Source: a virus
DNA: 64,000 nt
Strand: one strand, 5' to 3'
IMG/VR virus record: IMGVR_UViG_3300021197_000868
Location: 40,931 to 104,930 of that record
In this document: positions 21,601-31,134 of the stretch, one piece after another
Layout of the letters: every line of letters starts with the position of its first letter
How positions within the stretch are numbered: the first letter of the stretch is position 1
Translations under genes and position numbers: made by a program
The notes under the pieces: generated by a model
Told to the model about the DNA's origin: nothing
Databases searched by the model: none
Seen by the model: the letters and a program-made list of their open reading frames with translations, nothing else

Positions 21601-24600
21601 GGGACCAAGAATGACTACAGTGATAAATATACACACGCATATGCAAATGGCCCCAACGGTGTTGCTGGTATACAAAACGCAAATGAGACACTGTCATCGT
21701 TTTCTTTACTAGACTGTAACGCTATCTTGGCCTTCTTCCCCGGTACTGCTTTATTAAACCAGCATCGAGGTAGTCTCAATCCACCCTTCTTTAACAAAGA
21801 CAACGTGCTTAGCCCTGATTTGAAAGCAGGGAGTCAGGGAGTAAATGATAAACATCCCACTGGTACTGTGTATAGTAGTGGTGTTCATCTTCAAGTTCCT
21901 TCTCCATTAGTTCTACGTTTCGCTCATCCAACTGCTCGTTACAGCGACCATGTAACGGCCACTGAAAACAAAACCACCTACTTAATTTATGGACCCGGTC
22001 AAGCATTCCCATATACTCAAGAAGTTTCTACTCCTGTAAATACGTTTGAGCCTCATCCGGGTAGAGCAATAACAGTAGGAAATGGATGGTCTGCTGTGCC
22101 TTACACTAGTGGTAATGCTTCCTTTATGCCTAACCATATCGCTAATCATGATGGTTTTTATTTCCCTGAAAGTTCAACCTATCAATTAGGAAAACATCGC
22201 TTCCATTGGCGGCAAACCCTAAACTGGGAACCGCCTCAAGGTAGGCCAAATGTAGCAATTCTAAAGCAAAGACCTGAATCAGGTCGTATGTATGGTGAAA
22301 TGTTTAACTTAGGTGTAACTAACTTAACCGATACTGAAGTTCACGAATATAGAAAGGCTCACCCTATGAGACATGCTGTGTTTATGGGAGGCTCTATGGC
22401 GAGCAACTCAGAGTGGTGTTTCCATATGGATGGTGGGTATCATCCCGGTGGTACTTGGTTAGATAATCAGATTACTTTCAACCCACCTCATCCTAGTAAT
22501 AATAGCAGGGTCGCCAAACTCTCCGGGAATGAATTACACCCTACTGCATTCCGTGTCGCTGGTCCTTTAACGACTAAAGTTCTCTACGGTGCTTCAGGCG
22601 GTGCTTTTGAGGCTCAAACTTTAACGACATCAGATGTTAACATGGAATACATAGTAGTAGATGGCACTAGATGTCAAAATGGTGAAGAGTTAGCCTGTGT
22701 ATTAGGTGCTGCTATAAACACGTTCCCCGGGGGTGGAGCACTCAAATCTATGGGTGGTACATTCATGCCGAGTATGGGTAATGCTATGCGTCAAGACCGT
22801 TATGGTTGGAGAGAGATAGATGACTCTAAGATTGTGTCTTATCAAAACTCAAACAATGACTTACATGATTGCTTTATAGTCTTGAACATGGGTACTACTG
22901 AAAGCGATGCAAGAAACATACCTGAAACGGGTTGGTTGCGTACCAGCAACAGTTTTGCTACAGGTTTAGTAGCGCAAAATACTCCAGCATTTGCTCCTTA
23001 TCACTCTAGGATTGTATACCTAAACGGCTCAGACTACTATGTTAAGTTCTTCATAGGGCGTAATAGAATAACTGGTAATCTTAGATTTGAAACATCAGCA
23101 ACTTGGGATAACAAATTAGACAGCGCTACTCTAACTTATCCTACTATCAACACTGCTAACGTTGATAAAATATATGTATGGACTAAGGCGGGTGTACACA
23201 CTGTAGGTCTAGACGAAAGTACCACTGAACGTTTAGCGTACAACAGAGTACACTTTAGCGGTTTAGTAGATGCAATTGACAGAACTAAACCGATTGGTGC
23301 TGTAGGCTGGTCCGGCAATCGTTATTCTTATCTCAATACTTTATCAGTAGGAAATGGAATTGCAGCGGGTCTTGGTGCTTGGCATTCTTCATTAGGCTTC
23401 TCACCTTATGGTAACAGCATAGGTTGCGCTAATGCTTTCGGTCATATACCAGTCATAGCACCTATGCCAAATAGTCCTGAAAGTAGCCCACCTAACGACG
23501 GTAGTAGTGCTCTTGCTAATTTCCCTAATGAAGACAATCCTGATGGACCTCATGATGAAGCACAAATGGATTCTGCCGTTACTGGTAGTTACACATTCCA
23601 AAATGTTGAAACTAGTGTTTATCATAACACTCCTATACTTACAAATCAACTTGACTTACAAAAGGAGTTGACACATAAACAAGGTATTTATTCACGTGCT
23701 CTATTAGTCGTAGCACATGAATCAGAATTAGCACTGATAGCCAAGACAGACCGTAACGGTCACAAAAGTTGCGGAGACTGGATATTTTTAGGTAGGGCTG
23801 CGGATTTTACTAAAGCAGGTACAACTAGATGGGATGACCGAATACATGGACAGGATAGGTTCTACGCCCCTGCAAATGCTGGACCTAACGTTGAGGCTTT
23901 GATTAGAGATGGTACGGTCTTCCCTACTATAGCAGACTATACAGCATCTAATGCTTTAGATGGTAGTCCATTCAATGCTGCTATAACTTTACATTCGACT
24001 CTTACTGCTGATACCCAATTAGAAAATGCTGAACCTTGCCTAAGTAAAACTGGTGACTTATTCTTAGATGTTGATAAAAGCATAGGCTCGCACTTTTCAG
24101 CAAGTGCTGGTGCTCAAAGAAATGTATCTGATGGTTTTTACAATTCTGCTTCAGTCGCTCCTTCTTCTTTATTCGGTGGGACTAAACAGAAAAATACATT
24201 TTGGATTGGTGATGTTAATGGCTACGCTATGTATGACCGCTCTCCCGCTGACAACTTTAACATTGAACATATAGTTTGGAAGAGAATGGACGGTGGTAGT
24301 CTATCCATGCCAGCCGTTAATGCTCGTGGACTCGGTGCTATTCCTTTTATCAATCGTGTTAGCGGCATTAACATAGGAGGTACTGGTGAATTAGCAGATA
24401 CTCGTGCTGCTGGTACTGAACGCACTATAGGAGAAAAAATATATGGTAACGTTAGATTCTCGTTTGAGACTACAAACAGCGCCATGTTACCTATATTACA
24501 AGCACAAGAACTATCACATCCTCAACTGGCTAGTAAACACCCTATAGCGCTTCAAAATGTGCTAGATATTCCTAATGAAGAATTACAGTTTGAAGATATG

Positions 24601-27600
24601 AATGTAGTTGATGATACAGGTCAAACACACGTGTTGAGCGGCGGCTCTCCTCTCGGTGTAATTATCCGTGCGTTTAGACCGACTGGAGAGAGGCTTGTTA
24701 GTGGTCTTGCACCAGCAACTGCTAACTCATCATTATCTCCTAACTTAATCATTCAATTACCTGACCCTGATTCTATACCCGGAAATATACTAGTACGTAG
24801 TGGATTTGATAAATTACAAGCATATCAAAATGAAACTATGGGTGACGGTGGTATGATACATCCTGACCTCGGGCACTCACACATAGGTCATTTGTTTGAT
24901 AACGTAGTAAAGGGACCTAGATTAGCCCCTACGATGAATGAGTCAGGTTGGGAACACGTAAGTGAAGGTAAGCCTCCCCCTCGTGAAGATGCTGACTTCG
25001 TAGATAGAGATTTCACTTATCCTGATAGCACTAAGGAGTCATGGCGCTCAGCAACTAATGATAACACATTAGCATCTTCTTATGAATTACATGACCGTAC
25101 GCTCTTTTTCCATGTTACTAAAATGGGACATAGCCATACAGAAAGATTCCCTAATTCTTACACTCACGCTAACGGTATACAAAATCAATCGCTTACAGTT
25201 TCAAATTATGCAAGCGGTACATTAACTGCATCGGCTACTATAACGGCGACTATCTTTGATGCTGATTTTGCTACAAAAGAGCGTAGTGACAATAGGCGCT
25301 TCTTACGCCTTGCTACTACTACAGATAGTGTAGTGTTATCTTACACTGGTATTAGCGGTGCTACGTTCACAGGAGTAGTTGGGGATATTGACTTTGACCA
25401 GTTCATAGCAGATAACCTAGGTACATCAACTATCACCATATCACCATCTTACTACATACCAGCAGGTAGCACTCGTTTCTTCGCAGCACGTAGACTTCGT
25501 GACCACGCTGAAGTTAGCGGTAACAGTCCTGATATGGCTCATACTGAATATATTAGTGGTAATCAAAATACTTTAATTATCAACAGATACAATAAACCAC
25601 AGTTAACACCTATGCCAATGCCTCGCATGGGGCATCATTTCGTAAATGCTTCCATGCCAATGCTACCGGGACATTGGGCTCATCCCGCTTATCAAGGTCT
25701 ATACAGTAAGCACGAAATTGAAACAAGGGCTAGTTTACAAAATCCTGATTTAATAAAACTTTTAGATAATGTGAACCCTACAACTACTACACTAGGAACA
25801 TCAATTACAGATTACTTACATCCACTTAGTCCGCAACTAAGAATTAGTAGTTTAACCCCTACACCTAGTGGACCTAGTGACATACATGGTGGAGCATTCA
25901 CATTAATGTTTGAAACTAAAGTGCGTTATGACGGCTATGGTATACTAGCATCCAAAGGAACTGCTGGTGATATGAATAAACTAGGAGGGCATTCTATAAT
26001 ACTTGAAGCAGGTGCTAACTACACCCAAGATGGTCACTTCCCTGACCCTGCTGAAGTAGGCGCTTATCAGATTGTTATACAGCCTAACCTGAGAAAGCAT
26101 CAAATTACAGGTTTCCATCATAATCATAGCACTGCAACTGCTTTACCTAATGGTACTGCACGTGAACTGACAGGTCAGCAGGTTAATCTTGTAGTCGGTA
26201 TAAAATATGATAGTGAGAGAGGTGGCTCTCCTATTGGTGGGGTGACTCTTATCCTCGCTGAAGCCACTCTTGCTGACGTAAGGGGCTGTGAGATTTTCAT
26301 TAATGAAATAATGTTAGACTATGACCCTGACCACGGAAGTCAGTTTACCAATACACCACCAATGCTGCTTTATAATGCACTTGGTGTACAGGGTAGCGAA
26401 TCCCCTACGTTTACTCGCAGAAGTTTACCATATACTGTGGGTATGTTCGCTAATGCTACACCGGGGTATACATCCAACATACCTTGGTGGAGTATAATTC
26501 ACAAAGTAGGACCTGATGATAGCACTTCTAATGGTTTTACGCATCTAGCGTTATATCGCTTAGATAACTATTACGAGTTCTGTAGGCCCTCTCATGGATG
26601 TATAGGTGCTCAATTAACACTTGCTGGTTATCCTTCTATTAGTCCTGATATATACTCACAAACTTTTGAAAACATATCTTTAGTAGCAGTCGCTAGAGTC
26701 ACAGGAATTAGTTCAGGTAACTATGTAGATGTTGATGATGCTTCATTCTTCCCCGAAGTACCTTACTATAATCAGAAACTGATATACACTGACGCTAATG
26801 GAATAGTTCAAACATTATCATACACTAAACGCTCAGGTCATACTTACTCTAGTGCTACTATGAATAGACCTACTCGATTCATAACAGCAGAAACCACCAT
26901 GCCTCCAATTAATGCTATACTTAGATTATCATTACCTTACTCTACTAAGTTTGCTTCTGAACTATTTAAAGACAATAAATCTAGTGTCTTAATGCAAAAC
27001 CTAGACCAATTACGAAAAGGAACTAGAGACACTAACGCTCTTTACACGCCTGACGCTTTCCTATCTATGTGGCATCCTAATTTGGGTAGACCTCATACAT
27101 TCTACTCCGATGGTAGTAGAACATGGGGTAATGCTACTTCTGATAGAGCAGTCAATAAAGCAGCATACAATAGTATGCCTGAGCACTTTGAAACCATACA
27201 CTATCATAGTGTAAACTATGCTGCTAGTTTAGGTCCTTTCAATCTTGACTTCAAGACACCTAAGCCCCCTACTAAAATTAGTCAAGTTACTACTGGTGCT
27301 ACTACTAACACTCTAACATTTAACACGGATATTCGGGCTCAGTTTGACGCTGGTGACTATATCTTTGCTGATGGTAAGGTTATAGGTAAAGTTGCTAGTG
27401 AGGCATTCTCTAATCCAACAACCACTATTACCTTCTCAGAGAATCTATTCTATACACCAGCAACTGGCTCAACTGTATTCAAAGATGCAGACGGTAGTGT
27501 AGATACCGCTGCTAATATACACGCTATGACGGGCTACGAGGCACAAGGTAGCGCTACAGTCATGCTGAGTCATTACTGGCCTTGTGGTAGTAGGGGTGGG

Positions 27601-29718
27601 CCTCTAGTAAGCAACTTAGAAGGCTATAGTGCTTGGTCTGCCGCTTGGCATATACCACGTAACCTAAGTGCAGCCGGTGGTAAGCACTGGAAAGATGCTG
27701 ATGATGACGGTAATTACTCTGTAAGTAGCGGTCTTGCTATTGCTTCTAGTCTTGTATCTACACGCTCTTATCCGTTTGGCTATCGCTTTGGTCTACGCCA
27801 ACCGTGGAACAGACCCCAATGGGGTCATTATGGTATGCGTGCATTCACGGAAGCCGCAACACATAGTGGTGCTAGTAACTTCACAGTTGGTTACAAAGCA
27901 GGTCCTTTGACCGAGTATGAGTCACAAACTTGGGCTTCCAGCGATTCAAGTCTTAGTAGTGTCACATTACCAACAACCTATGTTGGTATTATGGAGAGAC
28001 AAACTAATTTCAGCGGTATGCTTGGTCCTGACAAAGCAGAATGGCAAGTGCGTTACAGTGATGGTCAACGTATGACTCGCTCCTTTGGTTGCCCCGTTCG
28101 TATCATTCGTAACGCTTCAACCGCTCCTCGTGATTGGTGGGGCGACCATGCTGGTTTAGGAGTTAGTACAGTGGAAGGGGCTGTTGGATATTACTTAGTA
28201 GATTGGTGGGGTAACACTCGTGGTGAAGATGTAAGGAGAGCGCCAGTACGAGGCTTTGGTATCAAACCTGCTTGGGACGCTGGCGACGCTTACGAATATG
28301 ACCGTACTAACAATCGTACACCTTACGCTAGACTGTACAACAATGGCTCACCTATTGTCAACCTCAAAGGTATAATTGACAGTAGTGGTGATGTTCTAGG
28401 CTCTCCTTCAGCAGTAATACCACGTTTCGGTGGTAGATTGAATAACACTAACAGTGGTAACAGCGACATCTTGGTTGATGTATTTGCTCCTACAAACGCT
28501 ATGCGAGTAGGTGACATGGGTGGAGGACGTGGTATTAGATACCCAACTCAATTCAATGAGGATATACTAGTTGAATTAAGCGATGTCTATGAGGGTTCAG
28601 GGGTTGTATTATCTCATCATACTGCTGAGCCTACATTTAGTCAAGGTTACATGCGCCCAAGGAATGACACCTTACAATCCGATGAATTAGAACGTGGGAT
28701 AAGTGCTAGATTAGATGTAGCAGAGGATGGTTTATTGAAACCCGAAGCAGCGGTTAGTGAACGTGTTGAGAGTATTAGTGGGACATCTGTTTACACAGAA
28801 CCTATTTCACGCTCAAGCCCAAGGATAGGTATTGATGGTGAAAACATAGAGTCTCGCTCCACAGGTGTAAGCAACGACATGGTAGCAATCAATACTGAGG
28901 CTCATAGTCTACACTCAGATACAGGTGTAGGACAAAGAGTTGTACTCCAAGGTGGTATGCAGTCCGGCTCTCAGACATTAGCAGATTATGATTTAACCTC
29001 TCTATCATTTGCTGCTCAACCTCATGGTGGTGTAATGCGTTTCAGTCACACTAGTAATATCAAGGCACTAGGCGGTACTTACATTCTTGAGTCTCACTCT
29101 TTCGTTAACCCATTCGATGATACTGGATGGGGTAGGGGTAGTACATCAACTACTAGCAATCCTTACCAAACTAGTGGAAGCGTCTCTAATCCACATAATT
29201 TAGTGGATTCAACGGTACGCTTTATGGTAAGACCTGTAAGGTTACTTGATAATAAACACATTGAAGTCTTTAGGTCAGATAGAAATGTAGCAGGTAGCAC
29301 TCCTCAAGACGGTAATACGTACTACTCAGCCACATCAGGTGGTAAGTATGGGTTATTTGTTTACGAGTCTACTGGCGCTGCTGCTACTTCTTACATGCGT
29401 GCTAGTTTACCTAATGCAAATGCCCCTTACCAACCAGTGTATCTCATGGAGAGTAGTAGCGATACAGTACCTGTATCTAAGGGGCCTAAATTACCCGGTG
29501 CAGGAATGGCTACATTCGATAAAGATACATTAAAGTCCACTGTAACTAGACTTATAATAACTGAAAATACACTACAACATTATAGAAGTGATGCTCTTCG
29601 ACGTACTGGAAGCGGTAAAGATTTCTCGATAAAGCCCCGATTCAGTCAATCTTTACACTCAAAAGGACATAAAAAGGATGTAACCTATAGTACATCAGAC
29701 CACAGTGGTGATGCTTGA
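12655..29718 (+). CDS. Giant virion (tail tip/adhesin-like) protein, 5,687 aa, with N-terminal LamG/concanavalin-A-like domain
   Basis: Uninterrupted 17-kb ORF with GAGGTGA RBS. LamG motifs ALFFDG, IEAWV, LHINGEL, YIGG, FRGVIESVHI and LALFRFEE. Located in the tail module. Confidence 0.8.
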   Translation: MPIMLQSNHALFFDGVSDGVIIPQGVFSKLGRDNSDGERNASDIISESSQGARVNSVISDALGKEIAIEAWVTPDCGGVILQKSSQFCLKLGNVDTPGPASFEVNLQTDNGFRKVIISTAREISNGYNGTVYPSTTNNGFEDSFNRFVGSKDDATNLNINQRPLIHIVASMSKGVVSLHINGELMAEETVGRCFLPESDDHVYIGGTGGEFRGVIESVHISSVFSNEMTTRNAALVNNNTLALFRFEEPIEPIEGIYDISSISSASNLSAINVSTSDAALLASKLTGKTITSGTIDFTATPYSSGNYSVVDYKTVPGTKNIRAIPHVPYNLLINPGSINRDTQKPNQSPPERVRLHNINVSTGAILVSSIHLDFDGSTNGDGLRPVLHSRSSGTGDDYFVVVSADLLLDNGSGKPYQPPHLASQLIDRTGQMVLDEGHFEQHGIVFSSRMATTTNDTNNPFAVTWPTTLDESFQIGHSGRHILNHVTGHHYLRNMPRASEENLDQQFGNADIVELIYDGAAQGIEKQFPINSKIDYYRDIAQSRIVDITSSSTVSDSVDNGLADPSRKLIAIGGESFNPMPFALKGPLPLSIDDADDNIRKHHLRPSKTSRVAILEVDLSSYNLASYVEIHYNAIDFTGVSMGKTTPMLMVEKTVPASNHLLTGTTYVIDAIEASLASGKTLHAPGGIIEISAPVQGDLATASFTHSLVGDNSEGFESDSELDERYTPQNYTTMTTEPRRPPQNIAASHTSKESHESVFHHLIIEANNAGKFSTSPRPSASTSSGAAGEFDIAVAASAGPVHEMFDIIDNHATTTPGVQQRIYVQPSDRSRTAQLRHVKAVADNGNDSHFASIMYLMTRGKLRSVIEEEGEDGAERFTTVKCVGINAAIINRNVDEIGSGSPDSHVVKEIDPNAPVVTVTLGGVGQGAYDTNPSFDPSTLSRLPYNTRFGFSCHAVSVRTDRDTTAADRIQFIEVRALNNGADDLKSWGTYPFPKKGRLFLRSGASAEYSNKNGVAFFFEDSDVGSGRFVLSDGSEVANFYEWVGSTGLSSTAGAVSSNSIVNASIGEVILGDGNFYVENATADGSTVNDRMFQSMDTVTHDYQLGTQFASTRALVEIPLFNQQFFKDIPNGILPGPDNSLKLHLDPTMTAHTWNPSPVGRRYQEVSPGDRSAHSAYAYSLSQNNHTRSASIQGEALLDTSPTPDVYKLYVSNPEIFPAADIGSSGKSYFYVDEVQRHQRAFLPNGEWIIYNNDPSSDGFIQFEDALYAHSEKFLETHEAGMQLLVGGGYQSESLIPLVGSFLNPSSSIERRSEYYHDSASVKTQGGNVDYGLRQYVSAVEFKAGPTTNPHAARIQSGRARGQIIGVEPIMNGTTFTGLVVLSLSDEDIVSFPNIQPNIDSNGNIVYETGDYHYLLEIKSPNGDTRRFIYWGDATATFAHLSSTPTSPNDFRSSIIVEDIFNKGSTLPDYYNKTHASYILDQEALLVKRGFMFGFDHDKDSSALEKTLNISDTFRPPTARHPWTIKASPTVTTTALTTTNTTSERLLQADTNSLNVQKDDYVYAEIETISGSTIDSVKFLGKVTVIADGHAQGTPSSDTVLTLDGSMTSAVATAVNSALGDAAKKVYLRVGCHDIMRNDDEAILNRTWVFPYAPGGFRKGDTIWANMTYNNPHAVEGLFAKSRGVFNEALVWKGFNGGLGTMQDEARDSIPLENFLIGNTCRETAENYLQHVNKTIEENYINLLGDNPNAPIVAYLDPTLKGDNHARVLLYDCAHDREFIAFQDLQMQVQTSPKVAEIGFQRHTTGYNLATGGDQIDLVTHNIKYNGGSQNAFMTQIDVANGFPSQNKYVRPTMRSRFMESAYAHDIANNYSASSMQSPVSGIVTSLVTFYPNGAGANGKEGGTGYSPASGLATTTTGSGSGLTVNITSAGGGGTNQGILQIPVINAAGTGYAHDDVITVTQSGASGGKYRVRISPAGIPTNLTASNRLTQYGKGHGHFVHTGYHTGGSFSERAIGDSILPRTQDAVVLPYWANELHKYSRKTRSSLDDFVTKLTIHREAKTGASIRDPSTLFDTPDGTRVIPAFLALRGIRSSSLDLSNMRENRLQHLKHWTDMDFTRRLTIDCGQVGTRDGVTDVEAAAREVVRIINQAGAKNARTNSVNDETGSAHDPAVWWDVDKALDTQDSGSHMGYLRAHLGRVVQDINGNQGYSIIIHSTVPGATGRNFCVWLDNARGQSTYQPEFLIGHGGRFRTFWCQPEEISGENMHPAPMPLNKHGRPFAPITSLRQYTLPDETGTQIKSSNDFAQRGDEESDPINRAISMTTGSGQSHNTVNTESLEVEGYATSFTEGLRVGTQAVARVNLGGLVAAGVPGFAPDAGTWGFGRKSDKRFTKKYGDIAKTQSSATLPTRYSNYIPSNQVTHDSIGNTPLYGFEFKDHLGNRHGIRIVYRSIDEAFTLDETQLPDTLEDEIIIYIDDRDVGQGGFTIGHHMHGLGDATGRFDPNPSNADLIGWRGNRWNGIPSVNAAYDVDVHYSSNTIRVQMRAPYDSCPHPDVLGYMGFPLKNGLIQISDPFNHADAKGTFGHVYSYTHRDVVSGIHYFYGVQGDDFNASQGQAAGVSTVVTTPTDFGNSATSVYIRGLISSCLNWTTLLTDEVLAAAITATINLSNPNVQEGTPFDCREFFAADGRTLGEWGVESDAIRIRAFNTNRNIRPISNFFTASIHRDMSIQAAHIEHGDIEKVEHDGTLGSSNRSATDAQIDAGLRAECGYIPHTIIQIISKGRGSNANTTTPILVDSSNEAVNTDTWSKNLNGARFTAYSGDHILPMVNNPTLEINEITATDVILDSGNELWHFVRPAGAEGAAVTDGGGASITKLASFGSKSLFSYRQDTAFVTSENGANSQTKLDIITKSDDFGTVGSGAADVAQRFADHRCFTTAGVRVLGSLHSTPQVFFRGGRDSSDHWVPLFFGGGFSGVTIDVNDGTKNDYSDKYTHAYANGPNGVAGIQNANETLSSFSLLDCNAILAFFPGTALLNQHRGSLNPPFFNKDNVLSPDLKAGSQGVNDKHPTGTVYSSGVHLQVPSPLVLRFAHPTARYSDHVTATENKTTYLIYGPGQAFPYTQEVSTPVNTFEPHPGRAITVGNGWSAVPYTSGNASFMPNHIANHDGFYFPESSTYQLGKHRFHWRQTLNWEPPQGRPNVAILKQRPESGRMYGEMFNLGVTNLTDTEVHEYRKAHPMRHAVFMGGSMASNSEWCFHMDGGYHPGGTWLDNQITFNPPHPSNNSRVAKLSGNELHPTAFRVAGPLTTKVLYGASGGAFEAQTLTTSDVNMEYIVVDGTRCQNGEELACVLGAAINTFPGGGALKSMGGTFMPSMGNAMRQDRYGWREIDDSKIVSYQNSNNDLHDCFIVLNMGTTESDARNIPETGWLRTSNSFATGLVAQNTPAFAPYHSRIVYLNGSDYYVKFFIGRNRITGNLRFETSATWDNKLDSATLTYPTINTANVDKIYVWTKAGVHTVGLDESTTERLAYNRVHFSGLVDAIDRTKPIGAVGWSGNRYSYLNTLSVGNGIAAGLGAWHSSLGFSPYGNSIGCANAFGHIPVIAPMPNSPESSPPNDGSSALANFPNEDNPDGPHDEAQMDSAVTGSYTFQNVETSVYHNTPILTNQLDLQKELTHKQGIYSRALLVVAHESELALIAKTDRNGHKSCGDWIFLGRAADFTKAGTTRWDDRIHGQDRFYAPANAGPNVEALIRDGTVFPTIADYTASNALDGSPFNAAITLHSTLTADTQLENAEPCLSKTGDLFLDVDKSIGSHFSASAGAQRNVSDGFYNSASVAPSSLFGGTKQKNTFWIGDVNGYAMYDRSPADNFNIEHIVWKRMDGGSLSMPAVNARGLGAIPFINRVSGINIGGTGELADTRAAGTERTIGEKIYGNVRFSFETTNSAMLPILQAQELSHPQLASKHPIALQNVLDIPNEELQFEDMNVVDDTGQTHVLSGGSPLGVIIRAFRPTGERLVSGLAPATANSSLSPNLIIQLPDPDSIPGNILVRSGFDKLQAYQNETMGDGGMIHPDLGHSHIGHLFDNVVKGPRLAPTMNESGWEHVSEGKPPPREDADFVDRDFTYPDSTKESWRSATNDNTLASSYELHDRTLFFHVTKMGHSHTERFPNSYTHANGIQNQSLTVSNYASGTLTASATITATIFDADFATKERSDNRRFLRLATTTDSVVLSYTGISGATFTGVVGDIDFDQFIADNLGTSTITISPSYYIPAGSTRFFAARRLRDHAEVSGNSPDMAHTEYISGNQNTLIINRYNKPQLTPMPMPRMGHHFVNASMPMLPGHWAHPAYQGLYSKHEIETRASLQNPDLIKLLDNVNPTTTTLGTSITDYLHPLSPQLRISSLTPTPSGPSDIHGGAFTLMFETKVRYDGYGILASKGTAGDMNKLGGHSIILEAGANYTQDGHFPDPAEVGAYQIVIQPNLRKHQITGFHHNHSTATALPNGTARELTGQQVNLVVGIKYDSERGGSPIGGVTLILAEATLADVRGCEIFINEIMLDYDPDHGSQFTNTPPMLLYNALGVQGSESPTFTRRSLPYTVGMFANATPGYTSNIPWWSIIHKVGPDDSTSNGFTHLALYRLDNYYEFCRPSHGCIGAQLTLAGYPSISPDIYSQTFENISLVAVARVTGISSGNYVDVDDASFFPEVPYYNQKLIYTDANGIVQTLSYTKRSGHTYSSATMNRPTRFITAETTMPPINAILRLSLPYSTKFASELFKDNKSSVLMQNLDQLRKGTRDTNALYTPDAFLSMWHPNLGRPHTFYSDGSRTWGNATSDRAVNKAAYNSMPEHFETIHYHSVNYAASLGPFNLDFKTPKPPTKISQVTTGATTNTLTFNTDIRAQFDAGDYIFADGKVIGKVASEAFSNPTTTITFSENLFYTPATGSTVFKDADGSVDTAANIHAMTGYEAQGSATVMLSHYWPCGSRGGPLVSNLEGYSAWSAAWHIPRNLSAAGGKHWKDADDDGNYSVSSGLAIASSLVSTRSYPFGYRFGLRQPWNRPQWGHYGMRAFTEAATHSGASNFTVGYKAGPLTEYESQTWASSDSSLSSVTLPTTYVGIMERQTNFSGMLGPDKAEWQVRYSDGQRMTRSFGCPVRIIRNASTAPRDWWGDHAGLGVSTVEGAVGYYLVDWWGNTRGEDVRRAPVRGFGIKPAWDAGDAYEYDRTNNRTPYARLYNNGSPIVNLKGIIDSSGDVLGSPSAVIPRFGGRLNNTNSGNSDILVDVFAPTNAMRVGDMGGGRGIRYPTQFNEDILVELSDVYEGSGVVLSHHTAEPTFSQGYMRPRNDTLQSDELERGISARLDVAEDGLLKPEAAVSERVESISGTSVYTEPISRSSPRIGIDGENIESRSTGVSNDMVAINTEAHSLHSDTGVGQRVVLQGGMQSGSQTLADYDLTSLSFAAQPHGGVMRFSHTSNIKALGGTYILESHSFVNPFDDTGWGRGSTSTTSNPYQTSGSVSNPHNLVDSTVRFMVRPVRLLDNKHIEVFRSDRNVAGSTPQDGNTYYSATSGGKYGLFVYESTGAAATSYMRASLPNANAPYQPVYLMESSSDTVPVSKGPKLPGAGMATFDKDTLKSTVTRLIITENTLQHYRSDALRRTGSGKDFSIKPRFSQSLHSKGHKKDVTYSTSDHSGDA

Positions 29719-31133
29719 TGCCTTACTTAGCACAGCAACGTACGACGGGTGACACCAATGTTGTCATGAAGCAAGCACGTAAACCAGTATTTGTCGATAA
29801 CGCACTTCACTTAGGTGAAATAACTAAACAGGGTTCTAGTAAGTCTAAAGTTACACTAAGGAAGCGCAACACAACATCTTACGCAATCGCATCTACTCAC
29901 TCTTATGATATTGACGAGCGTGAAGATAGTATTGTTTTGACTCACACACCTACAGCAGGGCACGATTCTACTTCTGCGATATATTACATGAACTCTAAAT
30001 TAGAAGGAAACGATGCTGCTTCAAATACTCCGCCTTTATTGTATGCTATAGATAGGCAAACTGAAAGACTAGCGCTAGGTTCTACTTCCAGTGGAAGTAA
30101 AGGTACAGTTTTCGCTGTACGTAACATGAAGGGTAGCACTCTTGAAGAGTTAGGATTCGATTCTAAGCGGGCATACGCTGCTCAACCTATTGATGTTGGT
30201 CTACGTACTACCGACATGGCTATTAGATTAGGTAATGAAGTAGCAGGTGACTTAACTTCAATTAATACTGCTTTACCAATCTCACCATCTAATTCTAGTA
30301 ATGACCGTAGAAGTTTTACCACAAAGTTCGTAGCCGCAGATTTCTATGGTGTTAACTTAATTACTGCTTTAAGATTCTTAGGAAGGCACGATAATTACAT
30401 AACTTACTTTGAGAGGTTTGGTAGTCTGCTCTATGTACCGTTTAATTTTGCTGAAGCAGGTCGTTTTGTAAATAGTTCAATGCGAACAGGTACAGCATCT
30501 TCTAACCCTGTAGATAACACTAGTAATCGAATTATAGTGCAGGGTAAGGCATTAGCCGTCAATGAAAAAGCACGTGCTGAAGTTAATGACGGTGAGCGTC
30601 AAAGTGGTCTTGGTGCTGAGGTTATACAAGAGCCGCTAGTAGTTGAAGATTTTACTGTAGGTAGTAATCAACAGGCTAGAATGGTGGGTAATAGTATACT
30701 AAAAGCAAATAACCTATTGAAAGGTAGTCAAAATAGTAACGGTCATCCTTCTTCGTGGGATTTAAGGCCCGGTAAAATTATTGAATACGATGGAGTAAGG
30801 CGCATTTTGGTTGAGGTTAAACATAATCTAGTGAATAACACTGCTGACCTTGTCTTCTTGACTTTAGATACAGGTATTGAGGGCGTATTACTAGGTATAT
30901 CCGAAGGCGTTCAAAGCATAGGTAGTAATCCAAACACAGTTGAGCAGATAACTGAAACTAACTTTTCATTATTTGGGGAGATTAAAATTGTTACAATTCC
31001 AATTATTACAATTCAGGGACATGGAGATTCAGGCTTTGTTATAGGAAGGGCCATGAGTAGGGGTACTCTCGGTGCTACTAGTAGCCAAGAAACCATAGGT
31101 GGAAGTAAAAATACCCCAGTTAGGAGTGAGTAG
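29715..31133 (+). CDS. Putative baseplate hub/tail-tip protein
   Basis: NLITALRFLG...YFERFGSLLY, NRIIVQG and DLRPGKIIEY...VEVKHNL follow the hub-family pattern. Confidence 0.55.
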   Translation: MMPYLAQQRTTGDTNVVMKQARKPVFVDNALHLGEITKQGSSKSKVTLRKRNTTSYAIASTHSYDIDEREDSIVLTHTPTAGHDSTSAIYYMNSKLEGNDAASNTPPLLYAIDRQTERLALGSTSSGSKGTVFAVRNMKGSTLEELGFDSKRAYAAQPIDVGLRTTDMAIRLGNEVAGDLTSINTALPISPSNSSNDRRSFTTKFVAADFYGVNLITALRFLGRHDNYITYFERFGSLLYVPFNFAEAGRFVNSSMRTGTASSNPVDNTSNRIIVQGKALAVNEKARAEVNDGERQSGLGAEVIQEPLVVEDFTVGSNQQARMVGNSILKANNLLKGSQNSNGHPSSWDLRPGKIIEYDGVRRILVEVKHNLVNNTADLVFLTLDTGIEGVLLGISEGVQSIGSNPNTVEQITETNFSLFGEIKIVTIPIITIQGHGDSGFVIGRAMSRGTLGATSSQETIGGSKNTPVRSE

Positions 31134-31134
31134 A

